64,000 bases of DNA from assembly GCF_030028105.1 (NCBI RefSeq), contig NC_092392.1, positions 40,099,628-40,163,627 of the forward strand, written 5' to 3'. The DNA is from Mobula birostris. Lineage: Eukaryota. The stretch's first letter is position 1. Each line of letters starts with the position of its first letter. Shown piece by piece: positions 1 through 13,359 of this stretch. A program made the translations under genes and the position numbers. The notes under the pieces were generated by a model that was not told where the DNA came from, did no database searches, and saw only the letters and a list, made by a program, of their open reading frames with translations.

Positions 1-894
1 AAAGCATAACTGGAGAGGGCAAAGAAAACATTATACTTTTGCTTTGAAATTACAAAATAAGGAATTCCACCTAAAGGAGCCCCGTTCCACCTAAAGGAGC
101 CCCTCAGCAGGTTCGCATAAAAGAAGGTTTTGCCCTTCTCCCTCAGGGGTTGACTTAATTCCTCTTTAAAAGATCCATTTGTTATTGTAACCATCTTACG
201 TTATGGCAAGTTCCACATTCCAATGAATTTCAGGTGATAGATACTTCAGCAAGATAGCACGGGGAATAAATGGCCTTTATCTTGCTTCTAGTATTTTTGG
301 TTTTTTTGACAAGAGTAATTTAGCCTTTCCTGCCCTCAAGCAAAACAAAGCATAATAACATTAATTACCATGGTAACTATGTGAAACTTCAACAAATTTC
401 AAGCCTATGATGGTTTGCTTCATTATTTTTTTTGGTAGGTAAAATGGATTACTGTTATATAGCATTTCTTGTGGCACATTTGATAAACAGCTTACATTTA
501 TCTAGAAATATAACAAGTTGCTTCAAACGTGTTACACTGAACAATAGGTAACAATGAACCAAAAAGTTTTCAAGTTGATTTTAAACAGTAAATAAAAGGC
601 AAGGGAGGTGGAGAGAGTATTAGAGCCATGCAGGAAGGTTTATCTTAGGTTTGGGTCTTCTGCAATTTAAGAAATGGCAAACAGAGCATAATTAAAACTT
701 TGCATATTCAAAGAATCCATTAGAGGTCATGCTTAATCTTGCAAACATTGTGCAGAGGGATTACAGATTTATGCAAGATACTATGATATGTCACGGAGAG
801 AAGAGAAAGCACAGAAATTTGAAATCGATCTTTCCAAACTAGAAGTTACTAGAGACTTCAGATGAAAGGATTGTACAAGTTCTAAATATAAACT

Positions 895-1630
895 GAGCAA
901 CAGACACAAAATGCCGAAAGAACTCAGCAAGTCAGGCAGCATCTATGGAGGGGGGATAAAAAAGTTGACGTTTTGTGTTGAGGCCTTCACCAGGACTGGA
1001 AAGGAAGGGGGCAGAGACCAGAACAAGATGGAGGGAGGGAAAAGAGTACAAGTTGGCAAATGATCAGAGAGAACAGGTGAAGGGGAGTGTGGGATGAAGT
1101 AAGAAGCTGGGAGAGTTAAGTGGAAGAGATAAAGGGCTGAAGAAGAAATCTGATAGGAGAGGACTGTGGACTACGGAAGGAGGAGGGGAACAAAAGAGGG
1201 GTAATGAACAGGTGAGGAGAATGGATGAGAGGGTAGCTAGAATGGGGAAAAGGGGATGAATCGGTGAGAGATTAAATTGATGTTGATGCCATCAGGCTGG
1301 AGGCTACCCAGACAGAATATTAGGTATTGTTCCTCCAACTGGAGCTTCGCCTCCCCGTGACAGTAGGAAAGGCCATGGACAGACATATCAGAATGGGAAT
1401 AAGTAGCCTGTTGCAGCAGCCAGAGCAAAGGTGCTTGACAAAGTGGTAATCTAGCTCGGGACTCATCGATGTAGAGGAGGCATCACTGGGAACATCAGAT
1501 ACAATAGATGACCCCAACAGACTCATAGGTGAAACGTCACCTCACCTGAAATGACTGTTTGGAGCCCTAATGGTAGTGAGGAGGGCTAGGTGTTGGTGTA
1601 GCACTCATCATGCTTTCAGGGATAAGTACC
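895..1630 (-). mobile_element. Penelope-like element fragment
   Basis: EEQYLIFCLGSLQPDGINI remnant and the same terminal repeat as 3817-4640. Confidence 0.82.
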
Positions 1631-1853
1631 AGGATGTACCACAGTGTGGAGGAACGGACGTATATCGAGAAAGAGGTGAAAAGTATCAGAGATGGACCAA
1701 GCTGATGGCACAGTGGAAGTTGGATCAAACAGATCCACAATCCCTCCCACATTCTAATGCAACCTGGGCAAGCACACACATTCTTAGGAACTTCAAAGCA
1801 TATTCTAAACCAGAAAATAAATTGGCAAGATAAATTAACCAATTTAAACATAC

Positions 1854-1945
1854 CTTCGAGGTGAGATGAATGGTAAACACAAAAGCAAAATTAAACCTAT
1901 TTCCGTGTACAGGAAAGATGCAACTGCAACCCATTGCAATGTCAT
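1854..1945 (-). CDS. BCAP29: B-cell receptor-associated protein 29, first coding exon (remainder lies left of the window)
   Basis: Minus strand translates MTLQWVAVASFLYTEIGLILLLCLPFISPR(R), the BAP29/BAP31 N-terminus. Acceptor AG at 1962-1961 (exon starts 1960), donor GTATG at 1853. Position downstream of DUS4L on the same strand matches known COG5-DUS4L-BCAP29 synteny and favours BCAP29 over BCAP31. Confidence 0.93.
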
Positions 1946-2674
1946 TGTTCTTGATGAAGCCTACCGAAATGAAAACATTTGCATTTTAAATAAAACACAC
2001 ACTTAATAATGGATCTTCAATGCCATTTTCAGTTCAGTTTGAGTTGCTCACATGGTTTAACATACAGAATGAAATATTCGAAGACCTATAGCTATCAAAG
2101 TTCAACGTAAATTCATTATCAAAGTACATACATGTCACCATATACAACCGAGATTCGTTTTCTTGTGGGCATTCACAGAAAATACAAAGAAACACGAAAG
2201 AATCAATGAAAAACTTCACACAAAGATGGACAACAAAAGATGTACAAAAAAAGGCAACTATGGAAATACAAGAGAGAAAAAAGCAAAATAATAATAATAA
2301 ATAAATATCCAACAAATACTGAGAACATGAATTGTAGAGTCCTTGAAAGTGAGCCCATAGGTTGTGGAATTAGTTAAGTGTTGGGGTAAGTGAAGCTATC
2401 CAATCAAGTTCGAGAGCATGATGGTTGAGAGGTAGCCACAAATCAATATCAGTAACGGACTGGCCCATTGCATTTGACTTCTAAGATCAGCAACTGAATT
2501 TACTCTAATAACAATACAAGTTTCTGTTGTTATATTAAGTACAATCTCCATATCAAAATAATGGATGCCATGAATTGAACACTGTCCTGGAGTCTTCTAG
2601 AACTTAAACTAAATCTCATCAGTTCTGTGATAAATAAGCAAGAGATTTTTTTTTTTAAATCACACATTTCCTCA

Positions 2675-3360
2675 AAGTTCAAAGTCAAAGTAAAATTTAT
2701 TATCAGAGTACATACATGTCACCACATACAAACCTGAGATTCTTTTTCTGCAGGCATACTTAGCAAATCTAAAGAACAGTAACCATTAATTGTAAACAAA
2801 TTGTGCAAATGCAGATACAAATAAAAAGCAATAATGTGTATGAAATAACAATATAACAGAGTTGTTAAATGAGTGTAGTTATCCCCTTTTGTTCAAGAGC
2901 CTGATGGTTGAGGGGTAGGAACTGTTCTTGAACCTAGTGGTTCCAGTCCTCAGGCACTTGTACCTGCTACCTGATGGCAGCAGTGAGAAAAGAGCATGGC
3001 CTGGGTGGTGAGGATCTTTGATGATGGATGCTGCTTTTCTGTGGCAACGTTTCATGCAGATGTGCTCAATGGCTGGGAGGGATTTACCCATAATGTACTG
3101 AACCAAATCCACTGTAGGATTTTCTGCTCAAAGTCATTGGTGTTCGCGTACCATAATGCGGCCAGTCAGCATGCTTTCCACCACACATCTATAAAAGTTT
3201 GCCAGATCTCCACAGACTCCCAAAGAAGTAGAGGTGCTGAAGTACTTTCTTCGTAATTATATTTATATGATGGGTCCAGGACAAGTGCTCTGAGATAGTG
3301 CCACCCAGGAATTTAAAGTCATTGAGCCCCCACTCCCCCAACTTCTGATCCTTCGATGAT
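2675..3360 (-). mobile_element. Rex1/Babar-type LINE 3' fragment
   Basis: KAASIIKDPHHPGHALFSLLPSGSRY...FKNSSYPSTIRLLN. Confidence 0.85.
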
Positions 3361-3816
3361 CATCCATACCCTTGTCATTTTCTTTTAATTTTTAATCAGC
3401 TGTTAACCATTGCTGATGGGAAAACAAATAGGGCAGTTAGAGACCGCAAGAAATGCAATCAAAGCCTTCAGGTATTGCAACCAATCCTAATACAGGTATT
3501 CTTAACAATCCTGACTCTGCCTTAGGCCTTGATTCACCCAGCACAACAAACATTCTACAAGGAGTTTTCAGGTCTTTCAAATCAGTAAACCTACCAAAAC
3601 CACTGCTGTTTGGATCCTTTACAAAGCAACTTGCCTTCAAGAAGCAACTTGAAATAGATATTCTACTTCATTGTTTACAGCCTGGGATTTCAAGATGTTT
3701 GTCACGTTTAATAAGTGAAGTGGAACTATGTTGTACATAATTTAAATCACTTGGGTCTCTGATTAAAATCTCCTGTGAGCAAGTAAATGAACAGATCACA
3801 GGTAATAATTAACTTT

Positions 3817-4640
3817 GCAGACACAAGGAAATCTGCAGATGCTGGAAATTCAAGCAACACACACAAAAAATACTGGTGAACTAGCAGGTCAGGCAGCATC
3901 TATAAGAAGAGGTACAGTCAACATTTCAGGCCGGGACCCTTCGTCAGGACTAACTGAAAGAAGAGATAGTAAGACATTTGAAAGTGGGAGGGGGAGGGGG
4001 AGATCCAAAATGATAGGAGGAGGGGAGGGGTGGCTCTAAGACCTGGAGAAGGGAGAGGATCATGGGACAGGAAGCCTGGGGAGAAAGAGAAGGGGAGAGG
4101 GGAACCCAGAGGGTGGAGAGCAGGCAAGGAGTTATAGTGAGAGGGACAGAGGGAGAAAAAGAGAGAAAAAAGGGAGAAAAAATAAAAAATATATAAAATA
4201 AATAAAGGGATGGGGTGTGAAGGGGAGGAAGGGCATTAATGGAAGTGAGAGAAGTCAATGTTCATGCCATCAGGTTGGAGGCTACCCAGACGGAATATAA
4301 GGCGGTGTTCCTCCAACCTGAGTGTGGCTTCATCTTTACAGCAGAGGAGGTCGAGGATAGACATATCAGAATGGGAATGGGATGTGGAATTAAAATGTGT
4401 GGTCACTGGGAGATCCCGCTTTCTGTGGCGGACAGAGCGTAGGTGTTCAGCGAAACGGTCTCCCAGCCTGCGTCGGGTCTCGCCAATATATAGAAGGCCG
4501 CACCGGGAGCACCAGACGCAGTACATCACCCCAGTCAACTTACAGGTGAAGTGTCGCCTCACCTGAAAGGACTGTCTGGGGCTCTGAATGGTGGTGAGGG
4601 AGGAAGTGTAAGGACATGTGTAGCACTTGTTCCGCTTATA
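3817..4640 (-). mobile_element. Penelope-like element 3' part: GIY-YIG endonuclease plus pseudo-LTR
   Basis: ORF 4236-4670: CYTCPY, VMYCVWCSRCGLLYIGETRRRLGDRFAEH, LQPDGMN; downstream repeat carries a hammerhead-like motif. Confidence 0.9.
3916..3952 (-). ncRNA. Minimal type-I hammerhead ribozyme motif, CpG-decayed
   Basis: Minus strand AGTC-CTGACGA-AGGGTCCCGGCCT-GAAA-TGTT-GACT; stem I AGTC/GACT present. Confidence 0.6.
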
Positions 4641-6479
4641 GCTTTCTTGGTTTTTAGAAGATTGGTCCATGAAGATAGTTACTCATTCACATATGACATT
4701 AATATCAAATAGATACAAGTCCACGTACTTTCCTCCATTACTCCTTCTTCAAATGACTCGTCACTGCATTTCACTTCATTTGTCCCAATAAGCCCAAGTG
4801 CACACCTTATAAACTATCTGGGTAGCCTTCAACCATTTGGCGTGAATATCGACTTCTTCCATTAACAATACATTTTCCCTTCCCCTTCCATCTTTCCCGC
4901 TCTGGCCTTTTATCTCTTCTCACTGTCCCTTTCCTATCAGATTTCTTCCTCTCCAGCCCTTTAACTGGCTTCACCAATCCAGGTCTCCACCACACTCCTT
5001 GCCAAATATCTTTGATTTTTCTAGTCATTAAATTGATGACTCATTCAATTTCCTAGCCAAGTTACAAATCATTTGTTCAGACTGACATTCAAATTAGTCT
5101 GAACAAAAAACATTCCTGTCATTTAATTTTAGTTTCTCTGCAGTTTTTGGTAAGTAATGCTATTAACTTCACTGTTGCAGGATTGAACAAGCATTACATC
5201 TCTACCAACATCATCACTGCATTCACCTCATTTTTGGCCCTGTTTTTCAAAACCCATATAACCCCTCAAGAAACCAGACATGGAATACGTGTGTACATGT
5301 ATCAGTTACATTACTAACATCTCATAAGTAGTTACACAGCACAGAGACAGACCCTGCTGCAGCCAATCATCTCTATACCATCAGTAATCCATTTACACCA
5401 GCATTGTGTCTTCAATGCCTTAGCAACTCATGTGCATGGCTAAAAGCTATGTTGGAAAAATCCATAAATTCTCCGTACCTTCTCTGGGCACTCCCAGGCT
5501 AAACTAGATCATGTGTTTCATTCACCTATTCTCAGAGCCTCAATTACTGCAATCTTGCTCTTCTTTATGACCTTCCAATTTTCCTCTATTACACATATCT
5601 TGATAAAACTGTATCCACTTTACCACCTTTTAAAATCCTTAAACACTAAATTCACCAAAATTTCACTTCGTTCAAAACTCGGCCACCACACCCAAAGTCT
5701 GATTTATGCATCCCGTCTGTTCTTCTTGATGCAACACACGCAAAATTCTGGGTAAATTCAGCAGGTCAGGCAGCATCGACGGAAATAAATAAGCAGTCGA
5801 CGTTTTGGACCGGGACCCTTCTTCAGGTGCTGGCTCAGTACTCAAAAGATAACAGGCCTCACATCTGTAACCTCTAACAGGACCAAATCCTCAAGTCCAT
5901 ACAACATTCACAGCCACGTCTCCATTTTATTAACGCAAGCTCCAAATTCACATACATTTTTCTAATCTGCCGACTCCCCCCTCCCCCCATTCAAAGCTCT
6001 CTCTCACAACGAAACACTGCATTGGAAAGTGTTCCCAGTATAAAATGCCTCAGAACCATTTTTCGATCTGAAAAGCGTGTCAGTGAAAGCTGTGTTGGTA
6101 AATTTGCAACTGACACCAGAATTGCTTGAAGAAATTGTCTTCTCTCAAATATGAAGTGTTCCAAATAATAACACATTATTCAATTCCTCATTTCTAATGA
6201 GGGGAAAAGCAACTGCCAAACGCATGCTACGGCAATGAACGTATCAAAATTTCGCCAAGTGCTGCAACAAAATTTTTTCTTTTAAATTAAAGTTCGAGTA
6301 GAACGAGAGCTTTTGGATCACTAAGTTACTAAAAAAAATTAAGTGATCTAGGCGCGTTTCAGTCCTTATTTAGCAAAAACCTATTTTGAGGACAGCGTTG
6401 CCACCCTAGTAGGGTTGGGTCCAAGGCAAAAGCGAACACGGAAGTAAACATGGGCCACTTCCATGGCCTCCGGAGGCCC

Positions 6480-6870
6480 GCATAATTATTAGGTATGCCG
6501 ATATGTCTGCAGGCGGCATATTTGCCTCAATCCAAGCGGTACACGGAGAGGTGTACCGCTGAAGAGACCGTGCTGCGGGCCTGTGGGGGCTCCCGCTCTT
6601 CAAATACCCTACAACTTCAGCAAACTAAACCTTTAGATTGTGCTAAAAAAAAACACAATACTGTAACTTGATAAACGGACAATCTGAAAAACCATACGAG
6701 AACTTGCCTTCCAAGCACTTCTTGCAGAAGGAACAAGCCCCCTCTCACATCACATTGCGCAGCGGATGACGTCAGTCTGAACAAAGCGCGTGCGCAGTTG
6801 ACGTCACTCCGAATCGGGGGCGTGCACCAGCTTCCCGCGAGTGACCCGTGATTGTGCTGCAACAATCGTG
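6480..6870 (-). promoter_or_regulatory. CpG-rich putative BCAP29 promoter with two full CRE sites and an NRF1-like site
   Basis: TGACGTCA at 6767-6774 and 6799-6806, GCGCGTGCGCA at 6786-6796, GGGGGCGTG GC-box. Locally CpG-rich in a CpG-depleted window, upstream of the BCAP29 coding exon. Confidence 0.75.
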
Positions 6871-7374
6871 CATGTTGAGTAGTTAATACCCTTCGCTGAA
6901 ATTCCCTCTGAGGATATCGTCAAAACATAAAACGATGACTATATTGTTACCATGAAAGCTGAAAGTGACCAATTAAAATAGTATTTTCATCGGTAGTTGA
7001 TTTTTTTCGGATTTAGCTGACTGTAAGAACTGAACTTTGACAAACTTATATAGATGTACAGTGGAGGGTATCCTAATTGGTTGCATCACGGCCTGTTTAA
7101 AAGCACCAATGTCCATGAAATGAAAAGCCAATAAAAAATGATGGGCACAACCCAGTCTATCATAGGTAAAGTCCTCCCCAAAACTACAAGGAGGGCTGCA
7201 CAAGAATGCTGCACCCATCATCAAAGACCCTCAACATCTAGGCCAAGTTCTCTTCCCACTGCTGACATCATGAAGGAAGTATCGGCCTTAGGTCCTATAC
7301 CACCAGGTTCAGGACAATTCAACTATCAAGCTCCGAAGCAAGCGTGGATAACTTCACTCACCCCAACTCTGAAC

Positions 7375-8000
7375 AACTTCTGCCAGAAAAAGGGACATCT
7401 CCCAGTGGCTACCCATTTCAATTCCACTTCCCATTCTCATTCTGAAATGTCAGTCCATGGCCTCCTCTACTGCCAAGATGAGGCTACACTCAAGGTGGAG
7501 GAACAACACCTCATATTCCGTCTGGATAGCCTACAACCTGATAGCATGAACATCGCTTTCTTGAACTTCCAGTAATTGCATCACCCTTCACCATTCCCCA
7601 TCCCCATTTCCCTCTCTCACCTTATCTCCTTACTTGCCCATCACCTCCCTCTGGCATTCCTCATCCCCTTTCTTCCAAGGTCTTCTACCCTCTCCTATTA
7701 GATTCCCCATTCTCCAGCCCTCTACCTCTTTCACCAATCCACTTCCCAGCACCTTACTTCACCCTTCCTCCTCTCTCAAATTCACTTATCACCTTGTGTT
7801 TCTTCCTCCTCACCCCCCACCCCACCCAACATCTTACTCTGACTTCCCATCTTTTTTCTCCAGTCTGAATGAAGGGCCTCAGCCCAGAAAGTTGACTGTT
7901 TACTCTTTTCCATAGATGCCACCTGGCCTGCTGAGTTCCTCCAGCATTTTGTGTGTGCTGCCTGGATTTCCAGCATCTGCAGATTTTCTTGTATTTCTGA
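7375..8000 (+). mobile_element. Penelope-like element fragment
   Basis: LPVATHFNSTSHSHSEMSV...LQPDSMNI followed by the pseudo-LTR. Confidence 0.85.
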
Positions 8001-8821
8001 TTCCATAGCCTATGGGTTCACTTTCAAGGACTCCACAACTCATGTTCCCAGTATTTATTTATTTATCAATAGGTACAGCGCAGAGCAGAGCCGGCCATTC
8101 TGGCCTAACGAGCCATGTGCCAGAATCCCGAGCCTAAGTTACAATGACCGATAAACCTACTAACTGGACCATGGGAGGAGCCCGGAGCAAACACACGCAG
8201 GTACAAGGAGAATGCACAAGCTCCTTGCAGTATTATTTATATACTTTTAATATTTGCACTGTTATCTTCTTTTGCACATTGGTCGTTTGTCAATTTCTGT
8301 TTGTGTGCAGTCTTTCATTGGTTTTATCGTATTTCTTTGTTTTACTGTGCTTGCAAGATAACGAATATCAAGGTGGTATCTGGTGACATGTAAGTACCTT
8401 GATACTAAATGTACTTTGAACATTGTAGAGCATCTCCTTTTGCAGAACACTAGGTCCGACCGGGCTAATGAATGTTAGTGGTGTATTGTTTAAAATGGGA
8501 CCTTAAGTAAGTGGCTTCTCATAGAGTCATAGAGTGTACAGCACAGTAACAGGCCCTTCAGTTCAGCCCATCCAGTCCATGCCAAAACCATTTAAACTGT
8601 CTACTCCCAACAATGTGCACCTGGACCATTGGCCTCCATATCCCTACTATCCATGTACCTATCCAAACTTCTCTTAAACATTGAAATCAAGCTCGCATGC
8701 ACCACTTGTAGTGGCAGCTTATTTCACACTATCATGATCCTCTGAGTGAAGAGGATTCCCCTCATGTTCCTCTTAAACTTCCTACTTTTCAACCTGAACC
8801 CATGACCGCTTTGTTGTATCC

Positions 8822-10040
8822 CAGGGGTCCCCAATATTTTTTGCACCGCAGATCGGTTTAATATTGACAATATTCTTGCAGACTGGCCGACCGGGTGGGG
8901 GGGGGGGTGTTAATCACAACCGGAATATAGGTGATAAGTCAACTATAAGTCACTTATAAGTGGCTAATACACTCAATCTCATTTCTGAAGGGGTTTATCT
9001 AACGAATTTAATATTAAACACACAACACGTATTTTCCTCACATGAGTATAGTGATAAGTCAATTATAACAGTGGTTCCCAACCTCCGGGCTGCGGACTGA
9101 TACATTGCTGCGAAGAATGCAGCAGTACAGTGGTAGCCGGAATGCACCCAGCACACCTTTAAGAAAAAAGCCGAAATGAACAAGCTACACTCACAACACG
9201 CTGGAGGAACTCAGGAGGTCGGGCAGCATCCATGGAAACGACACAATCAGCAATCGCCTCTGATCTGAGCGGACATTTACGTGCCAGGCAGCACCTAATT
9301 AATTAGCTTGTTTATTTCGGCTTTTTCCTTAAAGATGTGCTGGGTGCGTTCTGGCTACTGCTGTACCGCTGCATCCTTTGCGGCCTGGAGGTTGAAGTCA
9401 CTTATAAGTCAATAGCATCATAACATTTTAAGTAGCGTTTGGATATTAAACACACAGTGCATATTTTCCTCGTATGAACATATAACATCATTGCAACACA
9501 CCAATATTGCTGAATCAGTGGGAACCCTGGGCTTGTTTTCCTACAACAAGACGGTCCCATCGACAGGTGATGGGAGACAGCAATACTCGAAGGGGGTTCC
9601 TTATGTCCTGTCTAATCCGTAATTTAGTTTTCATTGCATTCATTGCAGAAAACTCCGCTTCTCAGTGGTATGATGTTGGAAATGGAAGCAACGTTTTCAG
9701 TGCTTTCGTGAATATCTCAGGATATTTAGCCTTGACTTTGATCCAGAATGTCGGCAGAGGTGTTATGTCAAACATATTTTTCAGCCCACCGTCATTTGCA
9801 AGCTCGAGGAGTTGATCTTTTTCCCGCGCTGACATGGATGATTCACCGGGGACATTCACAAATGGGTCACGGCCCCATTCCTTTGCACGTCTTGATCACT
9901 GATGACCTTGCGTGCGTTGAAGTTCAACAGTGGGCGTGACAGGGAATGAGGAAAGATGCAGCTGACTCATATCGTCAAATCATATCTTTTCCTCGCGGCC
10001 TGGTAGCGCATGCTTTGTGGCCGGTAGTTGGGGATCACTG
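8822..10040 (-). mobile_element. Non-autonomous hAT (Charlie/Buster-like) element inserted in a CR1
   Basis: TIRs CAGGGGTCCCCAA/TTGGGGATCACTG; approximate TSD TGTATCC; dimerisation-domain remnant FWIKVKAKYPEIFTKALKTLLPFPTSY. Confidence 0.87.
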
Positions 10041-10391
10041 TATGTATCCCACCCAACCTCAGTGGAAAAAGTCTGCTTGCATTTACCCCATCTATACCCC
10101 TCATAATTTTGTACACCTCTATCAAATCTCCTCTCCATCTTCTATGTTCTAAAGAACACAGTCCTAACCTATTCAATCTTTATTTATAAATCACTTCCTC
10201 TAGACCCGGTAACATCCTTGTAAATTTTCTCTGCAATCTATCAACCTTGTTTAAATCTTTCCTGTAGGTAGGCGATGAAAATTGCACGCCATACTCCATA
10301 TTAGACTCCACCAACATCTTCAACATAACATTCCATCTTCTGTACTCAATATAATGTGCCAAAAGCTTTCCTTACAACCCTATCTATCTGT

Positions 10392-10700
10392 AAAGGCATC
10401 CATTAGTCTTGCGAGACCATGGATCTGCGCCTGGAAAGTCTTCCCTCTCCAGAGCGCAGGCCTGGGCAAGGTTGTATGGAAGACCGGCAGTTGCCCATGC
10501 TGCAAGTCTCCCCTCTCCACGACACCGATGTTGTCCGAGGGAAGGGCATTAGGACCCATACAGCTTGGCACCAGTGTCGTCACAGAACACTGTGTGATTA
10601 AGTGCCTTGCTCAAGGACACAACACGCTGCTTCGGCTGGGGCTTGAACTCACGACCTTCAGATCGCTAGTCGAATGCCATTACCATTTGGCCACGTGCCC
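10392..10700 (-). mobile_element. tRNA-derived SINE
   Basis: Minus strand A box TGGCCAAATGG, B box GTTCAAGCC, CORE-like GTGTCCTTGAGCAAGGCACTTAA; interrupts the CR1. Confidence 0.8.
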
Positions 10701-11234
10701 ACACCTGTGATCTACTGTGATGCCACTATAAATGAATTATATACCTGTATTCCCAAATCCCTTTGTCCTACCACACTCCTCAGAGCCCTACCGTTCACTG
10801 AGTAAGACCTACCCTGGTTGGTCCTTCCAAAATGCAACACCTCGCACTTGTCTGCATTAAATGCCATCCACCATTTTGCAGCCCACTTTTCCAGCTGATC
10901 TTGATCCTGTTGCAAGCTTTGACAGTCTTCCTCACTGTCCACTACACTCCCACTTGGAGTCATCCACAAATTTGCTGATCCAATTTACTACATTATCATA
11001 AAGATCATTGATATAGATGACAAGCATCAGAGGACCCAGCACTGATCCCTGAGGCACACCACTAATCACAGGCCTCTAGTCAGAGGCACAACCCTCTACT
11101 CCCACTCTCTGGCTTCTCCCACAAAGCCAATGTCTAATCTAATTTACTACCTCATCTTGAATGCCAAACAACTGAACCTTCTTGACCAGCCTCCCATATT
11201 CAATCATATGCCATTCTTAAATAGAGTATCAGAG

Positions 11235-11815
11235 AATCAAAATCAGGTTTATTATCACTGAAATATGTTAATGAATTTGTTTGTTTTATGACAGCAATAC
11301 AGCACAAGACAAAAAATTATAGTAAGTTACAAAATAAAGTGCAAAGGAGGAATAGCAAGATAACATTCATGGGTAATTGACCATTCAGAAATCTGATGGA
11401 GGAGGGGAAGAAACTGTTCATAAAACCTTAAGTGTGAGTCTTCATGTATGTTTGTAATGAAAATAGGGCATGTCCCAGTTGGTGAGTGTCCTTAATCCTG
11501 GATGTCACCTTCTTGAGTAACTGCCTTTCGAAGATGTCCTCAATGTTGTGGAAGGTTGTGTCCATAACGAGTCTACAACCCTTTCCACCTCTTTCAATCC
11601 TGTGCATTGGAGCCTCCAGGCCAGGCGGTGATGCAACAAGTCAGAATACTCTCCACCATCATCTGCAGGAGCTTGCTAGAGTCTTCGGTGAGATACCAAA
11701 TCTCCTCAAGCTCCTAGTGGAATTGCTGTTGTGCCTTCTTTGTGATAGCATCAATACCTTTAGTCCAAGCTAGATCCTCTAAGATGTTGATTTACAGGAA
11801 CTTGAAGCTGCTCAA
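11235..11815 (-). mobile_element. Rex1/Babar-type LINE 3' fragment
   Basis: AATCAAAATCAGGTTTATTATC tail and decayed RT C-terminus. Confidence 0.7.
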
Positions 11816-13359
11816 GAGATTGCAGATGTAGAATTTGCAGAGAGAAAAAAACACTGAGCTGCCGGATGAACTCAGTGGATCAGGCAGCACCTGGATGGAA
11901 GTGGATAGTCAACATTTCATATTCAGACATCAGTTTTATTACTGGATTCCACATATATGAAAGCAATTCCGTCCATTGAGTTCATTGGCTCCCAGCAGAA
12001 CAGTCCCATCAGTCACATCTCAACCCTGAAGCTTATTTTATTATGCCCATCAACATTTTTTTCATTCTTTTGCCCATTTTGTGCATAATATACATGAACA
12101 AAATTAATCACTCAGGACATTTGTGGGACGTGGGAGAAGACTGGAGCACTTGGCAGAAACACCTGCAATTGCAAACTGAAACAAGGTAGCACCCTAGGTC
12201 AGCCTCAAACCCAAGCCCCTGAGGCAGAGGTAGTACTACTGCCCTACCACCATGCCACCCAACTCCACCTGCCATTCAAGCAGATCATTCAGCTGTACCA
12301 CATCGCTCACTTGTATATTGCTTTCATGAGCCCTACATCCTGAAAACCAACAACACAGCCAGAAAGAAATGTGGATAACCCAGTGAATGACAATCATCAG
12401 ATGCAAATCAAATAGTTTTATCCTCCCCCAAGCTCTGTTGCTTTCACAACCACTTTATTTTCATTGTCATCTGATCCTTTGAGCAAGTCAAAAAGCAGTA
12501 ATACATCACATGTATGTATCTTAAATATGGGATTTGTATAAAAAGGTTTTTGATACAAACTCTGGACCGAAGAGCTTGTTTCTTAGCTATATAACTCTGT
12601 GATTAATACAAAGTTAATACACAAGAAATCAGGACCCAGTTCCCAAAATGGCCATCTATATTTTTGTATGAATGAACAGAATTGATATTATGACCAGTGC
12701 AAATACTTTATTCTGCTTGAGAATTAAAATTGCTGATGTTGAAAACTGGGGGAAAAAAAATCAGAAACAACTGGAAATACTCAGTAGGCGGCATCTTTAT
12801 GGACAGAAACAGAGCTAACTTTTCAGGTCAGACTGACTGGCTGTAGAAGGGTTTGATCTGTGAGTATTTCCATTTTTTCTATTTTTGATTACTTATTGCA
12901 CCATATGACTCACTAATGCATTATAATCCTTTGGGATCAAGAAAGCATCTATATTCCAAAGAAAAATATTGCAATCTCTGGGCAGCTCATTTCCATAGTT
13001 TCTTAAAAATAAGAAGGCATTCAAGTATTGATTCTCTGCCAATCCAAGATCCTGAATGGAATGACTGGATTCCCACAACATGGCACATAATTGGAAAATA
13101 CACAGGATGGATTTTAATGTAAACCTATAGGTTCATTATAGAGCTCCGGGAATAACATGGTATGAACTGCTGGCAGAGATCTAGGGAAGAAATTTAACTG
13201 TACATACTACATATGAAAGAAATCCTAATCTGTGAGGATTGCAAGTGTTGAACATACCAGTTAAATGACAATTGTAAATTGTTCCTTGAGAGGAATTGAT
13301 GGACATGCAAGAAGCAAGATTAATACCAGCCAGACCAAGGAATCGAATGAGGACTTTGA

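Larger units (their letters stand above)
8520..11195 (-). mobile_element. CR1-type LINE 3' part, hosting a hAT element and a SINE
   Basis: FNADKCEVLHFGR and RRWRGDLIEVYKIMRG remnants; CATAGAGT tail repeats. Confidence 0.85.

Noticed and set aside
10600-10700. tRNA gene
   Set aside because: A and B boxes are present but continue into a SINE body and no complete cloverleaf was seen; the same applies to 51330-51410.
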